From assembly GCA_031459385.1 (NCBI GenBank), contig JAVKIP010000011.1, positions 1 to 64,000 on the forward strand: 64,000 bases of DNA. Direction: 5' to 3'. This stretch comes from Candidatus Fervidifonticultor secundus (GTDB lineage Bacteria > Sysuimicrobiota > Sysuimicrobiia > Sysuimicrobiales > Humicultoraceae). Made by a program: the position numbers and the translations under genes. The notes beneath the pieces were generated by a model. It saw only the letters and a program-made list of their open reading frames with translations. It did no database searches and was not told where the DNA came from. Positions 1 through 8,963 of this stretch are shown one piece after another; the first letter of the stretch is position 1, and the number at the start of each line of letters is the position of its first letter.

Positions 1-1
1 G

Positions 2-301
2 CGCATTCTCCGCCAGGGGTTTTCCGGCGCCAACTTCTACGTCATCCTCGACGGCGAGGCGGCCGTGCGCATCGACGGCGTGCAGCGCGCGGTGCTGCGG
101 CGCGGGGACTTCTTCGGCGAGGTCTCGGTACTGTTGGGCGAGCCGCCCACGGCCGACGTGGTGGCGGTCCGGCCGCTGCGGTGTATCGTCCTGGGCGGCC
201 CGGAGGTCGAGCACTTCCTGCTCGCGCATCCCAGAGTGATGTTTCGCATGCTCCAGGCGCAGGCCCGGCGGCTGCGCAACGCCAACCTGTGGCGCAGCTG
301 A
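2..301 (+). CDS. Cyclic nucleotide-binding domain protein (5' truncated by window edge)
   Basis: Frame open from nt 2: RILRQGFSGANFYVILDGEAAV...GDFFGEVSVLLGEPPTADVVA, typical cNMP-binding barrel motifs. Confidence 0.85.
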   Translation, partial: RILRQGFSGANFYVILDGEAAVRIDGVQRAVLRRGDFFGEVSVLLGEPPTADVVAVRPLRCIVLGGPEVEHFLLAHPRVMFRMLQAQARRLRNANLWRS

Positions 302-1782
302 CCGCGCGCCCCTATCCGCCAGGGCCGTATCCCCTGGTGATCGTGGGCACGGGCCCCGGCGGCCTCCAGCTGTCCTACGCGTTGCGGCGGCTTGGCATCG
401 CCCACGCGGTGCTCTCGGCCGATGACGGGCCCGGCGGGATGTTCCTCCGCTACCCGTTGTTTCAACGGCTGAACACCTGGTCGAAGCCGCACGCCCTTGC
501 CGACCCGCGCAGCCATCCCTATGCGTGGTTCGACTGGAACAGCCTGGTGGCCGACGACCCCGCGCACCGCTCGCTCGTCCTCGAGTTCATGGACGGTGTC
601 TCCTACTTCCCGGCCCGCGCCGAGATGGCTGCGGGCCTGGGAGCGTTCGCCGAGCGCGCCGGGGTCGAGGCGCGTTACGGCGTGCGCTGGGAGCGCACCC
701 GGCGTGAGGACGACGGCTCCGTGCTGGAGACCTCAGACGGCGAGTACCGCGCCCCGGTCGTGGTGTTCGCGGTGGGCATGGCACAGCCGTGGAAGCCCGC
801 GATTCCGGGGCTGGACGTCGCGCCCCACTACGTCGAGGTGGGGCCAGCGCGCGCCTATGCGGGGCAGCGCGTGTTCATCGTCGGCAAGCGCAACTCGGGC
901 TTCGAGGTGGCCGACGCGCTCCTGCCATGGGCCCGCCAGATCATCCTGGGGTCGCCGCGGCCGCCGCTGCTCTCGGTCTTCGCGGCCGGCGCCGGGGTCC
1001 GCGCCAAGTATATCGTGCCCTACGAGGACTACGTCCTGGGCGGCGGCGTGTGGGTCCTCGACGCGGCCATCGAGCGCGTCGAACGGTCTGCCGACGGCTG
1101 GCGGGTGCACACCCATGGCCCCAAGACCGGCGCCCGCACCTTCGAGGTCGATCGTGTGATCGCAGCCACCGGCTTTGCGGTCCCGCTGGGCGACCTGCCG
1201 CAGCTGGGCGTGGCCACGTTCAACCAGGGACGCCTGCCGCGCATGACCCACTTCTGGGAGAGCCCCACCGTGCCGGGCATCTACTTCGCCGGCACCATCA
1301 CCCAGGGCGCGCCCGGGATGCGCAAGTACGGCTATCCGGGAAACTCCGCCGCCGTGGGCGGCTTCCGGCACAACGCGCGAGTCCTGGCCGAGCACCTGGC
1401 CGAGCACCGCTTCGGGCTGCGCCTGCCGCGGCGCCAACTGGCACGCGACGCGGTCGTGCCGTACCTGCTGGCCGAGGCCACCCACGCGCCCGAGCTGCTG
1501 AACCAGCGGGGGTACTTGGCACGCGTCGTCTCCTTCGACCGGGGCCGGGGGATCGTAGACGAGGGCATCCGCCCGCTGGCCTGGTTCGTGGACACAGACG
1601 GCCCCGATGCCGTGGCGATGGCGGTCGAGGTGGACGGCGTCAACGAGCACCGCCCAGTGGCGTACCTGCGCCGCGGGGGCGCGGTCTCCGAGCACGCGCT
1701 GCCCGGCGACCCGCTGCACGACTTCGAGGGATCGGTGCACCAGGCTGCGCTGGCAGAGGTGCTGGCAGGGTTTGTGTCGTAG
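289..1782 (+). CDS. FAD/NAD(P)-dependent oxidoreductase (pyridine nucleotide-disulfide/FOXRED2-like)
   Basis: GTGPGG FAD-binding motif, DWNSL motif, second Rossmann motif VGKRNSG, IAATG, IYFAG; GTG at 289 overlaps the upstream stop. Confidence 0.8.
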   Translation: MAQLTARPYPPGPYPLVIVGTGPGGLQLSYALRRLGIAHAVLSADDGPGGMFLRYPLFQRLNTWSKPHALADPRSHPYAWFDWNSLVADDPAHRSLVLEFMDGVSYFPARAEMAAGLGAFAERAGVEARYGVRWERTRREDDGSVLETSDGEYRAPVVVFAVGMAQPWKPAIPGLDVAPHYVEVGPARAYAGQRVFIVGKRNSGFEVADALLPWARQIILGSPRPPLLSVFAAGAGVRAKYIVPYEDYVLGGGVWVLDAAIERVERSADGWRVHTHGPKTGARTFEVDRVIAATGFAVPLGDLPQLGVATFNQGRLPRMTHFWESPTVPGIYFAGTITQGAPGMRKYGYPGNSAAVGGFRHNARVLAEHLAEHRFGLRLPRRQLARDAVVPYLLAEATHAPELLNQRGYLARVVSFDRGRGIVDEGIRPLAWFVDTDGPDAVAMAVEVDGVNEHRPVAYLRRGGAVSEHALPGDPLHDFEGSVHQAALAEVLAGFVS

Positions 1783-1813
1783 CACCGGTGCAGGATCGGG
1801 AGGGGGTGGGGGC

Positions 1814-2177
1814 ATGGCCAGGATGTTGTTCGTCGGCACGGCCGGGTCCGAGAACCCGACAAAGTCGGTGCTACCGCTGCTGGGGGCGATCGGGGCCACC
1901 GACGCCGGGCACGAGGCGATGATCGCGCTGCTGGGGGACGCCGTGGTGGTTATGAAGGACGTGGTGGCTAACGCCATCGTGCCCGTGGGGGTGGCCGCCG
2001 TTTGGAGACCTGTTCCGCAAGGTGGTCGAGCGCGCGATTCCGATCTACGTCTGAGGCGGCTGCTCGGCCGCCCGTGGGGTGGTCGACAGCGATCTGCAGG
2101 GCAAGAACGCCAAGTTCATCACGCCCACACAGTTCGCGGAGTACCTGGCCCAGGCCGACCGGGCGGTGTCGTTCTAG
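1814..2177 (+). CDS. DsrE/DsrF-like protein, probable selenoprotein (in-frame TGA 2052-2054, U-G-G-C), with one extra G in run 1987-1991
   Basis: N-half MARMLFVGTAGSENPTKSVLP..ALLGDAV; removing one G gives VGWPPFGDLFRKVVERAIPIYV-TGA-GGCSAARGVVDSDL...ADRAVSF-stop, a 120-aa DsrE-like protein. Confidence 0.8.
2059..2090 (+). promoter_or_regulatory. Putative bacterial SECIS element
   Basis: Hairpin GCTG-C-TCGGCCGCCC-[GTG]-GGGTGGTCGA-CAGC starting 4 nt after the TGA; G-U at the start of the apical loop, about 20 nt from UGA. Confidence 0.65.
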
Positions 2178-2203
2178 CCGTCTCGGTGTCGTTCTAGCCG
2201 TCT
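2164..2203. repeat. Perfect 20-bp tandem duplication spanning the DsrE stop codon
   Basis: CGGTGTCGTTCTAGCCGTCT at 2164-2183 and 2184-2203. Confidence 0.95.
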
Positions 2204-2282
2204 ACGGAGGCAACCCGACAGGCACCACACACCGCCAGTGGTCCCGGCGGAGGAGACACAGCCGCCAGGCGGTGCGCCGGCG

Positions 2283-2711
2283 TCAGTAGCGCACTGACGC
2301 GGTCGCGGCCCGCAGGCGCTGGGCCATGCCCCGCAGCAGGGCCAGGGCGATTCGGGGATGGCGCTCCAGCACCTTGGCAAAGTCCCAGGACGCCAGCGCC
2401 AGACACGTGGTCGGCTCTTCCGCCACCACGTGGGCGACCCGCGGCTGCTGGTCGAGCACCGAGAGTTCGCCGAAGAAGTCGCCGGGGCCCAGATGTGCCA
2501 GCGTCTCCCTGCCGCGCACGACGCGGGCCCGGCCGCTGACGATCAGGTAGACGCCGGTTCCGACCTGACCCTGGCGCACGATGTACTGGCCCGGCGCGTA
2601 CTCGATGTCGATCGCCTTGTCGGCCACCGTGGCCAGCCCGCGCTCGGTGAGGCTCGAGAAGAGCGCCACACCCCGCAGCAGCTCCCCCTTGCGTTTCCTG
2701 GTCAGCGGCAT
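2283..2711 (-). CDS. Stand-alone cyclic nucleotide-binding domain protein
   Basis: LFSSL, IVRQGQVGTGVYLIVSG, GDFFGELSVLDQQPRVAHVVA; no HTH. Confidence 0.9.
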   Translation of the reverse strand: MPLTRKRKGELLRGVALFSSLTERGLATVADKAIDIEYAPGQYIVRQGQVGTGVYLIVSGRARVVRGRETLAHLGPGDFFGELSVLDQQPRVAHVVAEEPTTCLALASWDFAKVLERHPRIALALLRGMAQRLRAATASVRY

Positions 2712-2748
2712 GGGCCCACTGTTCGACGGTGGGCGACGCCCGCTCCTG

Positions 2749-3321
2749 CTACCGGGTCAGGTCGCCCGGCCTGAAGCCCCGCAGCACCTCGTCGCAGAGC
2801 TTCTGCGCGGTGCGCCAGTGCGTCAGCGCGCCGGCGCACACGACGTAGTGCAGGCGCTTCGGCCCTGTCACCAGCAGGCCGACCGAGGCCCACTCGCGCC
2901 CGGCCGTGGCGCCGGTGAGCTCGAAGCGATACCACGCCACCTCGTCGCTGCTGTGCGTGCGCTGGAAACCCGACACGCCGTGCATCGGCAGCAGCGACAT
3001 CGCCAGGCGGCGCACCTCGGGCTCCGGGAGCGGGCCGGGATCGTCGCGCGTCATGACGACCAGGAAGTCGATGGCGGCCTGTTCGGGGAGCTGTCCTTCG
3101 GGGAGGGTCTGCGGGAGGAACCAGACGTGCCGCCCACCGTCGGCCTCCACGCGGTGCCACGCGGCGGGATGTGAGAGGGCGAACCCGAACCGTGGCGACA
3201 CGTAGGGTGCCAGGCGCTGCGCATTGCGGCCCCCGCAGCCTGCTGCCACCGCTGCCGCGGCCAGCAGCGCCAGGCCGCGCGCGACGGCGAGGGGACGAAG
3301 GCAAGCGCGCGCGTCCGCCAC
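2749..3321 (-). CDS. Hypothetical lipoprotein
   Basis: Hydrophobic signal ending in lipobox AAGC; body loosely PsbP/Mog1-like. Confidence 0.6.
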   Translation of the reverse strand: MADARACLRPLAVARGLALLAAAAVAAGCGGRNAQRLAPYVSPRFGFALSHPAAWHRVEADGGRHVWFLPQTLPEGQLPEQAAIDFLVVMTRDDPGPLPEPEVRRLAMSLLPMHGVSGFQRTHSSDEVAWYRFELTGATAGREWASVGLLVTGPKRLHYVVCAGALTHWRTAQKLCDEVLRGFRPGDLTR

Positions 3322-3401
3322 AGGGCTGTTCTACGCCGCCCGCGCCGCGATCCCTTGCCGCGCCCCACCGCCGGCGGCATCATGGCAGGGGAGGACACGC
3401 C

Positions 3402-4064
3402 GTGATCCAGGTGCGCATCGACCCGTCGGTGGCGCCGCACCTGCGCCTGGCCGTGGTGGAGGCCGACGCGGTGTCGGTGACCGACCGCGACGCTGCCCTC
3501 GGGCTGGAGATCGAGGCGGTAACCCAGCGTGTGCGCGCAGCGTCGGCGGGCAGGACGCCGGCAGAGATCCCCGGGCTGCGGCCCGCGCGCGAGCTCTACC
3601 ACCGCATCGGGGTGGATCCCACCAAGCTCCGGCCGTCGTCGGAGGCTCTGCTGCGGCGCGTTCTGCGGGACGAGGGGCTGCCCAGCATCAACTCGCTGGT
3701 AGACCTGAGCAACCTGTGCTCCCTGGAGTTCCTCCTGCCCATCGGCCTGCACGACGTCGACCGGCTGGTCGGGGATGAGGTCACGATGCGCCGCGGCCTG
3801 CCCGGCGAAGGCTATGAGGCGATCGGGAAGGGCTGGTACGGGGTGGAGGGACGGCTGGTCGCGGTGGACGGGCAGGGGCCCTGCGGCAGCCCGACCAGCG
3901 ACTCCCGGCGCACGATGATCACGCTCGCCACGCGCCGCTGCGTGATGTTCATCTACGCCCCGGCGGGGTACGACGCCGGCCGGCTCGCCGGCCACGCCGC
4001 CGTCGCTGCAGAGCGGCTGCAGCGCTTTGCGGGCGGGGTCGTCGTGCAGGCACGGGTGCTCTGA
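3402..4064 (+). CDS. B3/B4 domain protein (PheRS beta-like, putative tRNA editing)
   Basis: DPTKLRPSSEALLRR, INSLVDLSN, PIGLHD motifs; SD GGAGGA before the GTG. Confidence 0.85.
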   Translation: MIQVRIDPSVAPHLRLAVVEADAVSVTDRDAALGLEIEAVTQRVRAASAGRTPAEIPGLRPARELYHRIGVDPTKLRPSSEALLRRVLRDEGLPSINSLVDLSNLCSLEFLLPIGLHDVDRLVGDEVTMRRGLPGEGYEAIGKGWYGVEGRLVAVDGQGPCGSPTSDSRRTMITLATRRCVMFIYAPAGYDAGRLAGHAAVAAERLQRFAGGVVVQARVL

Positions 4065-4078
4065 CCGCGCCGGCCGCC

Positions 4079-5083
4079 ATGCGCGCAGCGTACCTGTCGC
4101 ACCCGGGGCCGATCGAGGGCGCGCCGCTCATCGTGGGCGAGCGCCCGATGCCCGAGCCCGGGCCAGGCCAGGTCCGCGTGCGCGTGGCCGCCTGCGGGAT
4201 CTGCCACACCGACCTCCACGTGGCCGAGGGAGACCTGCCGCCGCGCCGCTCGCCGGTGATCCCCGGACACCAGATCGTGGGCGTGGTGGAGGCCATGGGG
4301 CCCGGCGCGACCGCGGCCGGCCGGCGGATCGGCGAGCGGGTGGGGGTCACGTGGCTGGCATGGGCCTGCGGGACCTGCGAGGCCTGTCGGCGCGGCGACG
4401 AGAACCTGTGCGAGTGCGCGCGCTTCACAGGCTACGACGTGGACGGCGGCTTCGCGCAGCACGCGCTGGCCGATGCGTCGTTCGTGGTACCGCTGCCGGG
4501 CATGTTCGACGACGTGCACGCCGCGCCGCTGCTGTGCGCCGGCGTGATCGGCTACCGGGCGCTGCGGGTGGCCGGGGTGCGGCCCGGCGAGCGACTGGGG
4601 CTGTTCGGCTTTGGCGCCTCGGCCCACCTGGCGATCCAGGTGGCGGTGCGGTGGGGCTGCGAGGTGGCCGTCGTCTCGCGCGGGGCGCACCACCGCGAGC
4701 TGGCGGCGGCGCTTGGCGCGCGGTGGACCGCTGCGCCAGGCGACCCGCTGCCGCAGATCCTGGATCGCGCCGTGGTGTTCGCGCCGGCGGGCGAGGTCGT
4801 GGTGGCTGCGCTGCGCGCCGTGCGCCCGGGCGGCGTCGTGGCCGTCAACGCGGTGACACTCGACCGCCTCCCCGAGATGCCCTACGGCGTGCTCTACGGG
4901 GAGCGCGTGCTGCGTACCGTCGCCAACCTGACGCGCCGCGACGCGGTGGAGTTCCTGCGCGTGGCCGTGGAGACGCCGGTGCGGGTCGACGTCGAGACGT
5001 TCCCCCTCGACGCTGTCAACGAGGCGCTGGCCCGACTGAAGCGTGGCGCGCTGCGCGCCGCCGGCGTCCTCCTGCCGGGCTAG
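4079..5083 (+). CDS. Zinc-dependent alcohol dehydrogenase (AdhP-like)
   Basis: CHTDLH, PGHQIVG, CGTCEACRRGDENLC, APLLCAG, GFGASA. Confidence 0.92.
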   Translation: MRAAYLSHPGPIEGAPLIVGERPMPEPGPGQVRVRVAACGICHTDLHVAEGDLPPRRSPVIPGHQIVGVVEAMGPGATAAGRRIGERVGVTWLAWACGTCEACRRGDENLCECARFTGYDVDGGFAQHALADASFVVPLPGMFDDVHAAPLLCAGVIGYRALRVAGVRPGERLGLFGFGASAHLAIQVAVRWGCEVAVVSRGAHHRELAAALGARWTAAPGDPLPQILDRAVVFAPAGEVVVAALRAVRPGGVVAVNAVTLDRLPEMPYGVLYGERVLRTVANLTRRDAVEFLRVAVETPVRVDVETFPLDAVNEALARLKRGALRAAGVLLPG

Positions 5084-5085
5084 AT

Positions 5086-5290
5086 AGGAGTGTATCCGAG
5101 GAGTGGCTGTAGTGAGTGGAACGTCGTCGGAGCGCCCAGCCGCGCAGCGCTGAGGCCCCTGGCCAAAACCCCCTGGCGTGCCCAAACAGCTTACACAGGT
5201 TGTGCGCCGCGGTGATCAGTCGCCACTTGTCCTTCACCGTGGCCAAGCCACGTGGCGCCGGCGGCAGCGCGTGCGGGTGTTTGTACGGGG
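5086..5290 (-). mobile_element. Remnant of IS1182-like transposase 3' end with possible terminal repeat
   Basis: Minus-strand RGLATVKDKWRLITAAHNLCKLF resembles the DDE transposase C-terminus (RGL..V..EW.L....HNL.KL); end sequence CTCGGATACACTCCTA. Confidence 0.55.
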
Positions 5291-5667
5291 GCGAGAAGCT
5301 GGCCAAACTGGAGCGTCAGGGCGCCTACCTGATTGTCGCCGTCCGCAGGGAGCTGGCGCTGCGGGTTGTCGCCGGGCCGGCAGAGGTGCTGCTGTTCGCC
5401 AACGGAACCTTGTTGAAGGAGCTGTTGCCGCGGCTGGAAGCGTTCGGGGCGTGATCGGAGCCCGTGTGGGCCTGCTGGGCCGGTCGTGCCAGTGCAAACC
5501 CGATGACGCGTGCCAGCCGCGCGTCCGCCATCCGCAGTTCGCACCTCCGCAACTCGGCGCCCGTCCTGTACACCCTCTCGGGGGCCGGACGTGCCCGAGG
5601 ACATCGGACTCCTGCCCACGAAGTCATCCGCGAACCTCGTTTGCGGATCTGTCCAAGGAGGAGTGGC

Positions 5668-6952
5668 ATGCCTCTCGCTATCCGCGCAGGTACGCTGATC
5701 GACGGGACCGGGCGTCCGCCCAGGCAGAACGTCCTCATCCTCACCGAGGGAGATCGCCTAAGCGTCGTGGCGCCACAGGCCGAAGCGACGATCCCGCCCG
5801 GCTATCACGTGATCGACGCGTCGCGCTACACTGTGCTCCCCGGGCTCATCGACTGCCACGTGCATCTGATCGCAAGCGGCAATCCCCGCGACATCACCTT
5901 CGGACTCGGCGAGGTCGCCCGGTCCATGCCGGCCGTGACGCTGGAGTGCTACAGGAACGCGCTGAAGGACCTCTCCGCGGGCTGGACCACGTTGCGCGAT
6001 GCGGCTTCGCGCCACTTCGCCGACGTGGCGCTGCGCGACACGATCAACCGCGGTGACCTGGTGGGTCCGCGGTTGTGGTGCTGCGGCCTCGGCATCACGT
6101 CCACAGCCGGCCACATGGACCGCGAGAAGTACCTGGCGCCACACGTTAGTTTGCCCGGACCGTCAGCGGTCGCGGACGATCCCACCGAGGGGCGCAAGGC
6201 GGTGCGGCTCAACCTGCGCAACGACGTGGACTTCATTAAGATCAACGCCACACTGACAGAGCACGTGCGACGGTACTCCGGCTACTGTGCCCCGGAGATG
6301 ACGCGGGAGACCATGCGGGCGATCTTCGAGGAGGCGCACTGGCACGGCCGGCGGGTGACGGCGCATTGCTACGGCGGCGACGGGGCCATGTGGGCCATCG
6401 AGGAGGGAATCGACGGCATCGAGCACGGGTTCTACCTCTCGGACCAGCAACTCGACCTGATGGCGCAGCGCGGGGTCGTCCTGTGTCCCACGCTCAGCGT
6501 TGTCGGCCGTTTCCGTGAGAAGGGCGACGCCGCCCTGCCGCCGGGCCAGCCGTTCCTGCCTGCTTGGCGCGAGAAGGCGGTGGCCCACGCCTGGAATACC
6601 ACGCGCCGGGCGCACCAGCGGGGGGTGAAGATCATTTGCGGGAGCGATGCGGCCATGCCCTATGTGTTCCACGGCACCAACGCCTATGAGCTCGAGATGC
6701 TGGTCGAAGCGGGCCTGACGCCGCTGGAGGCCATCACGAGCGCCACCGGCGCTGCGGCCGAGGCGATCGATTTCAAGGACGTGGGCACTGTTGCGCCGGC
6801 CAAGTTCGCCGACCTGGTGTGCGCGGATGGCGATCCGTTGCAGGACATCAGGATCCTGCAGGATCTGCAGCGGATCCCGCTGGTCATCAAGGGTGGCGAT
6901 TGTGGCCGACCGGAGACCTGCCGGGGTTCCCGCGCCAGGCGCGGTGGCCTGA
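5668..6952 (+). CDS. Metal-dependent amidohydrolase; probable frameshift near 6898
   Basis: PGLIDCHVH, DFIK, AHC, IEHG, GSDA, GTVAPAKFADLV, VIKGG; the +1 frame continues IVADRR...stop at 6950-6952; SD AAGGAGG. Confidence 0.85.
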
Positions 6953-7011
6953 GCGCGGGCGTCTCGTCTGGCGAGCGCCGCCGAGCAGCGTGCGTGTGCG
7001 GACGTGCCAGT

Positions 7012-7146
7012 ATGAGCGTCCACAAGCGTCATTCGAGCCTCATCCGGACCGGCCACTTGTTTGACGGCACCAGTGCGCCTGCGGTCGAGCACGGTGCGCG
7101 ACGGCCGCGTCGCGGCCGTACGCGCGGGGGCTTCGCTTGGTACTAA
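7012..7146 (+). pseudogene. N-terminal remnant of a second amidohydrolase
   Basis: MSVHKRHSSLIRTGHLFDGTSAPAVEHG resembles the upstream gene's start AIRAGTLIDGTGRPP. Confidence 0.5.
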
Positions 7147-7277
7147 TCGGGGAGCCGGTCACGATCCGGAGGGCACCCGGGCGGAGGGATCTCCCCAGAT
7201 TCAAAGAACCACACAGCGATGATTGGCGGATTTCGCAATTCGGGCGCTCGTGGCAGACGCCGGAGGGGGCACGGGGG

Positions 7278-8891
7278 ATGAGGAGTCTCACACGGATCGC
7301 GGTCCTGCTGGCGGTGGTGCTGGCAGTTGGCATGGCCGCCGGGCTGCCGGGACGGTCTGCGTTCGGTGCGCCGGCCGGTCCTGCGGCCGACGCGAAGCCT
7401 GGCGGGAGGCTGACCCTTGCTTTCCAGTACGAGCCGGTCACCCTCGACCCGCACGTCTCGGGTCAGGCCAACGCCTTTCGCATCCTGCTGAACATCGTGG
7501 ACGGGCTCGTGTATGTCGACCAGCAAGGGAACGTTCGGCCCATGCTGGCCGAGCGATGGCGCATCAGCCCCAACGGCAAGATCTACACCTTCTGGCTGCG
7601 CAAGGGGGTGAGGTTCCACGACGGCACGCCTTTCAACGCCCAGGCGGTGAAGTTCTCGCTGGATCGGGTGGTGGATCCAGCGACCGCCTCCCAGTCGGGG
7701 CGCATCGCCATCGGCCCGTACGAGAGCTCCGAGGTGCTCGACGAACATACGATCCGCATCACACTCAAGGAGCCCTATGCACCGTTCTTGCTGAACCTCG
7801 GGCCCGCGTCGCTGGCGCCGGTGTCGCCCACGGCGGTCCAGCGCCTCGGTAAGGATTTCGGCCGGCAGCCTGTGGGGACCGGCCCGTTCATGGTGAAGGA
7901 GTGGCGGGCCAAGAGCCACATCACGCTGGTGCGCAATCCCGACTGGAAGTGGGGTCCGTTGACCAACAAAGGGCCGGCCTATCTGGAGGAGATCACGATC
8001 AAGTTCGTCCCCGAAGACGCCGTGCGCTTTGCAGTGCTGGAGACTAACGAGGTTCAGGCCATCGAAGACGTGCCGGCGCAGAACGTGGCCGATATCGAGA
8101 AGAACCCCCGGTTCACGCTGTACAAGGAGAACTTTCCCGGCTCGCCTCGTCAGGCGATGATCAACACGCAGCGGGCGCCCACGAACGAGCTGGCCGTGCG
8201 ACGCGCCATCCTGCACGCGGTCAACGTCGAGGCGCTGATCAGGACCCTGTACTTCGGCGTCTATCCGGTCGGGAACGGGGTTATGAGCGCGGCCACGCCC
8301 ATGGCGATCAAGGGCCAGTTCCGGCAGATGTACCCCTACGATCAGGGCCGCGCCAGGGCGTTGCTCGAGGAGGCCGGCTGGCGTCTGGGCCCGGACGGCG
8401 TGCGGCAGAAGGCAGGTCAGCGGCTGCGGGTCGGTATCTACATCCTCACCGACGTGCCGGCCTTCCGACCGCTGGCCGAGTTCATCCAGGCCAACCTCAA
8501 GGAGGTAGGGTTCGACGCCTTCATCAACGCCCAATCGCGCAGCCCGTGGTTTGCCGCGCTTGGCAACGGCGAACACCATCTGGCACCGATGGGTCTGTGG
8601 AGCGCCGACCCGGACATGCTGCGGGCGCTATACCACTCCCGCGGCAGCGCATTCTCGTGGTCGCACTACAAGAACCCGGAACTGGACAAGCTGGTCGAGG
8701 ACGGCCTGTTGTACACCAACCCCAAGGTGCGCCAGCAGTACTACGTAAAGGCACAGGAGATCCTGATGCGTGACGCAGTGACCCTACCCATCCATGAGCA
8801 GGTCAACCTCTATGCCATTCGCGCCCAGTACAGGGGACTGGCATTCAACGTGAACGCCTATCCGGTCTACTACGACGTGTCCATGAGGTAA
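7278..8891 (+). CDS. Peptide/nickel ABC transporter substrate-binding protein (family 5)
   Basis: Signal peptide, TLDPH, YTFWLRKGVRFHDGTPFNAQAVKFS, PVGTGPF. Confidence 0.93.
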   Translation: MRSLTRIAVLLAVVLAVGMAAGLPGRSAFGAPAGPAADAKPGGRLTLAFQYEPVTLDPHVSGQANAFRILLNIVDGLVYVDQQGNVRPMLAERWRISPNGKIYTFWLRKGVRFHDGTPFNAQAVKFSLDRVVDPATASQSGRIAIGPYESSEVLDEHTIRITLKEPYAPFLLNLGPASLAPVSPTAVQRLGKDFGRQPVGTGPFMVKEWRAKSHITLVRNPDWKWGPLTNKGPAYLEEITIKFVPEDAVRFAVLETNEVQAIEDVPAQNVADIEKNPRFTLYKENFPGSPRQAMINTQRAPTNELAVRRAILHAVNVEALIRTLYFGVYPVGNGVMSAATPMAIKGQFRQMYPYDQGRARALLEEAGWRLGPDGVRQKAGQRLRVGIYILTDVPAFRPLAEFIQANLKEVGFDAFINAQSRSPWFAALGNGEHHLAPMGLWSADPDMLRALYHSRGSAFSWSHYKNPELDKLVEDGLLYTNPKVRQQYYVKAQEILMRDAVTLPIHEQVNLYAIRAQYRGLAFNVNAYPVYYDVSMR

Positions 8892-8963
8892 CCCATCGGA
8901 GTATCACAGCAATCCGTGGGCTGACCGGAGCACCCTCCGGTCAGCCCCCTCGGAGGGCGTCGC

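Noticed and set aside
1607..2197. ORF-track 196-aa ORF (and 2002-2289)
   Set aside because: Artefact of the G-run frameshift: only 1814-1990 is DsrE-like in this frame, and the remainder lies in the TGA-containing frame.
5280..5454. Plus-strand peptide YGGEKLAKLERQGAYLIVAVRRE, vaguely like a transposase internal segment
   Set aside because: Too short and in the opposite orientation to the recognisable remnant; cannot be supported without a search.
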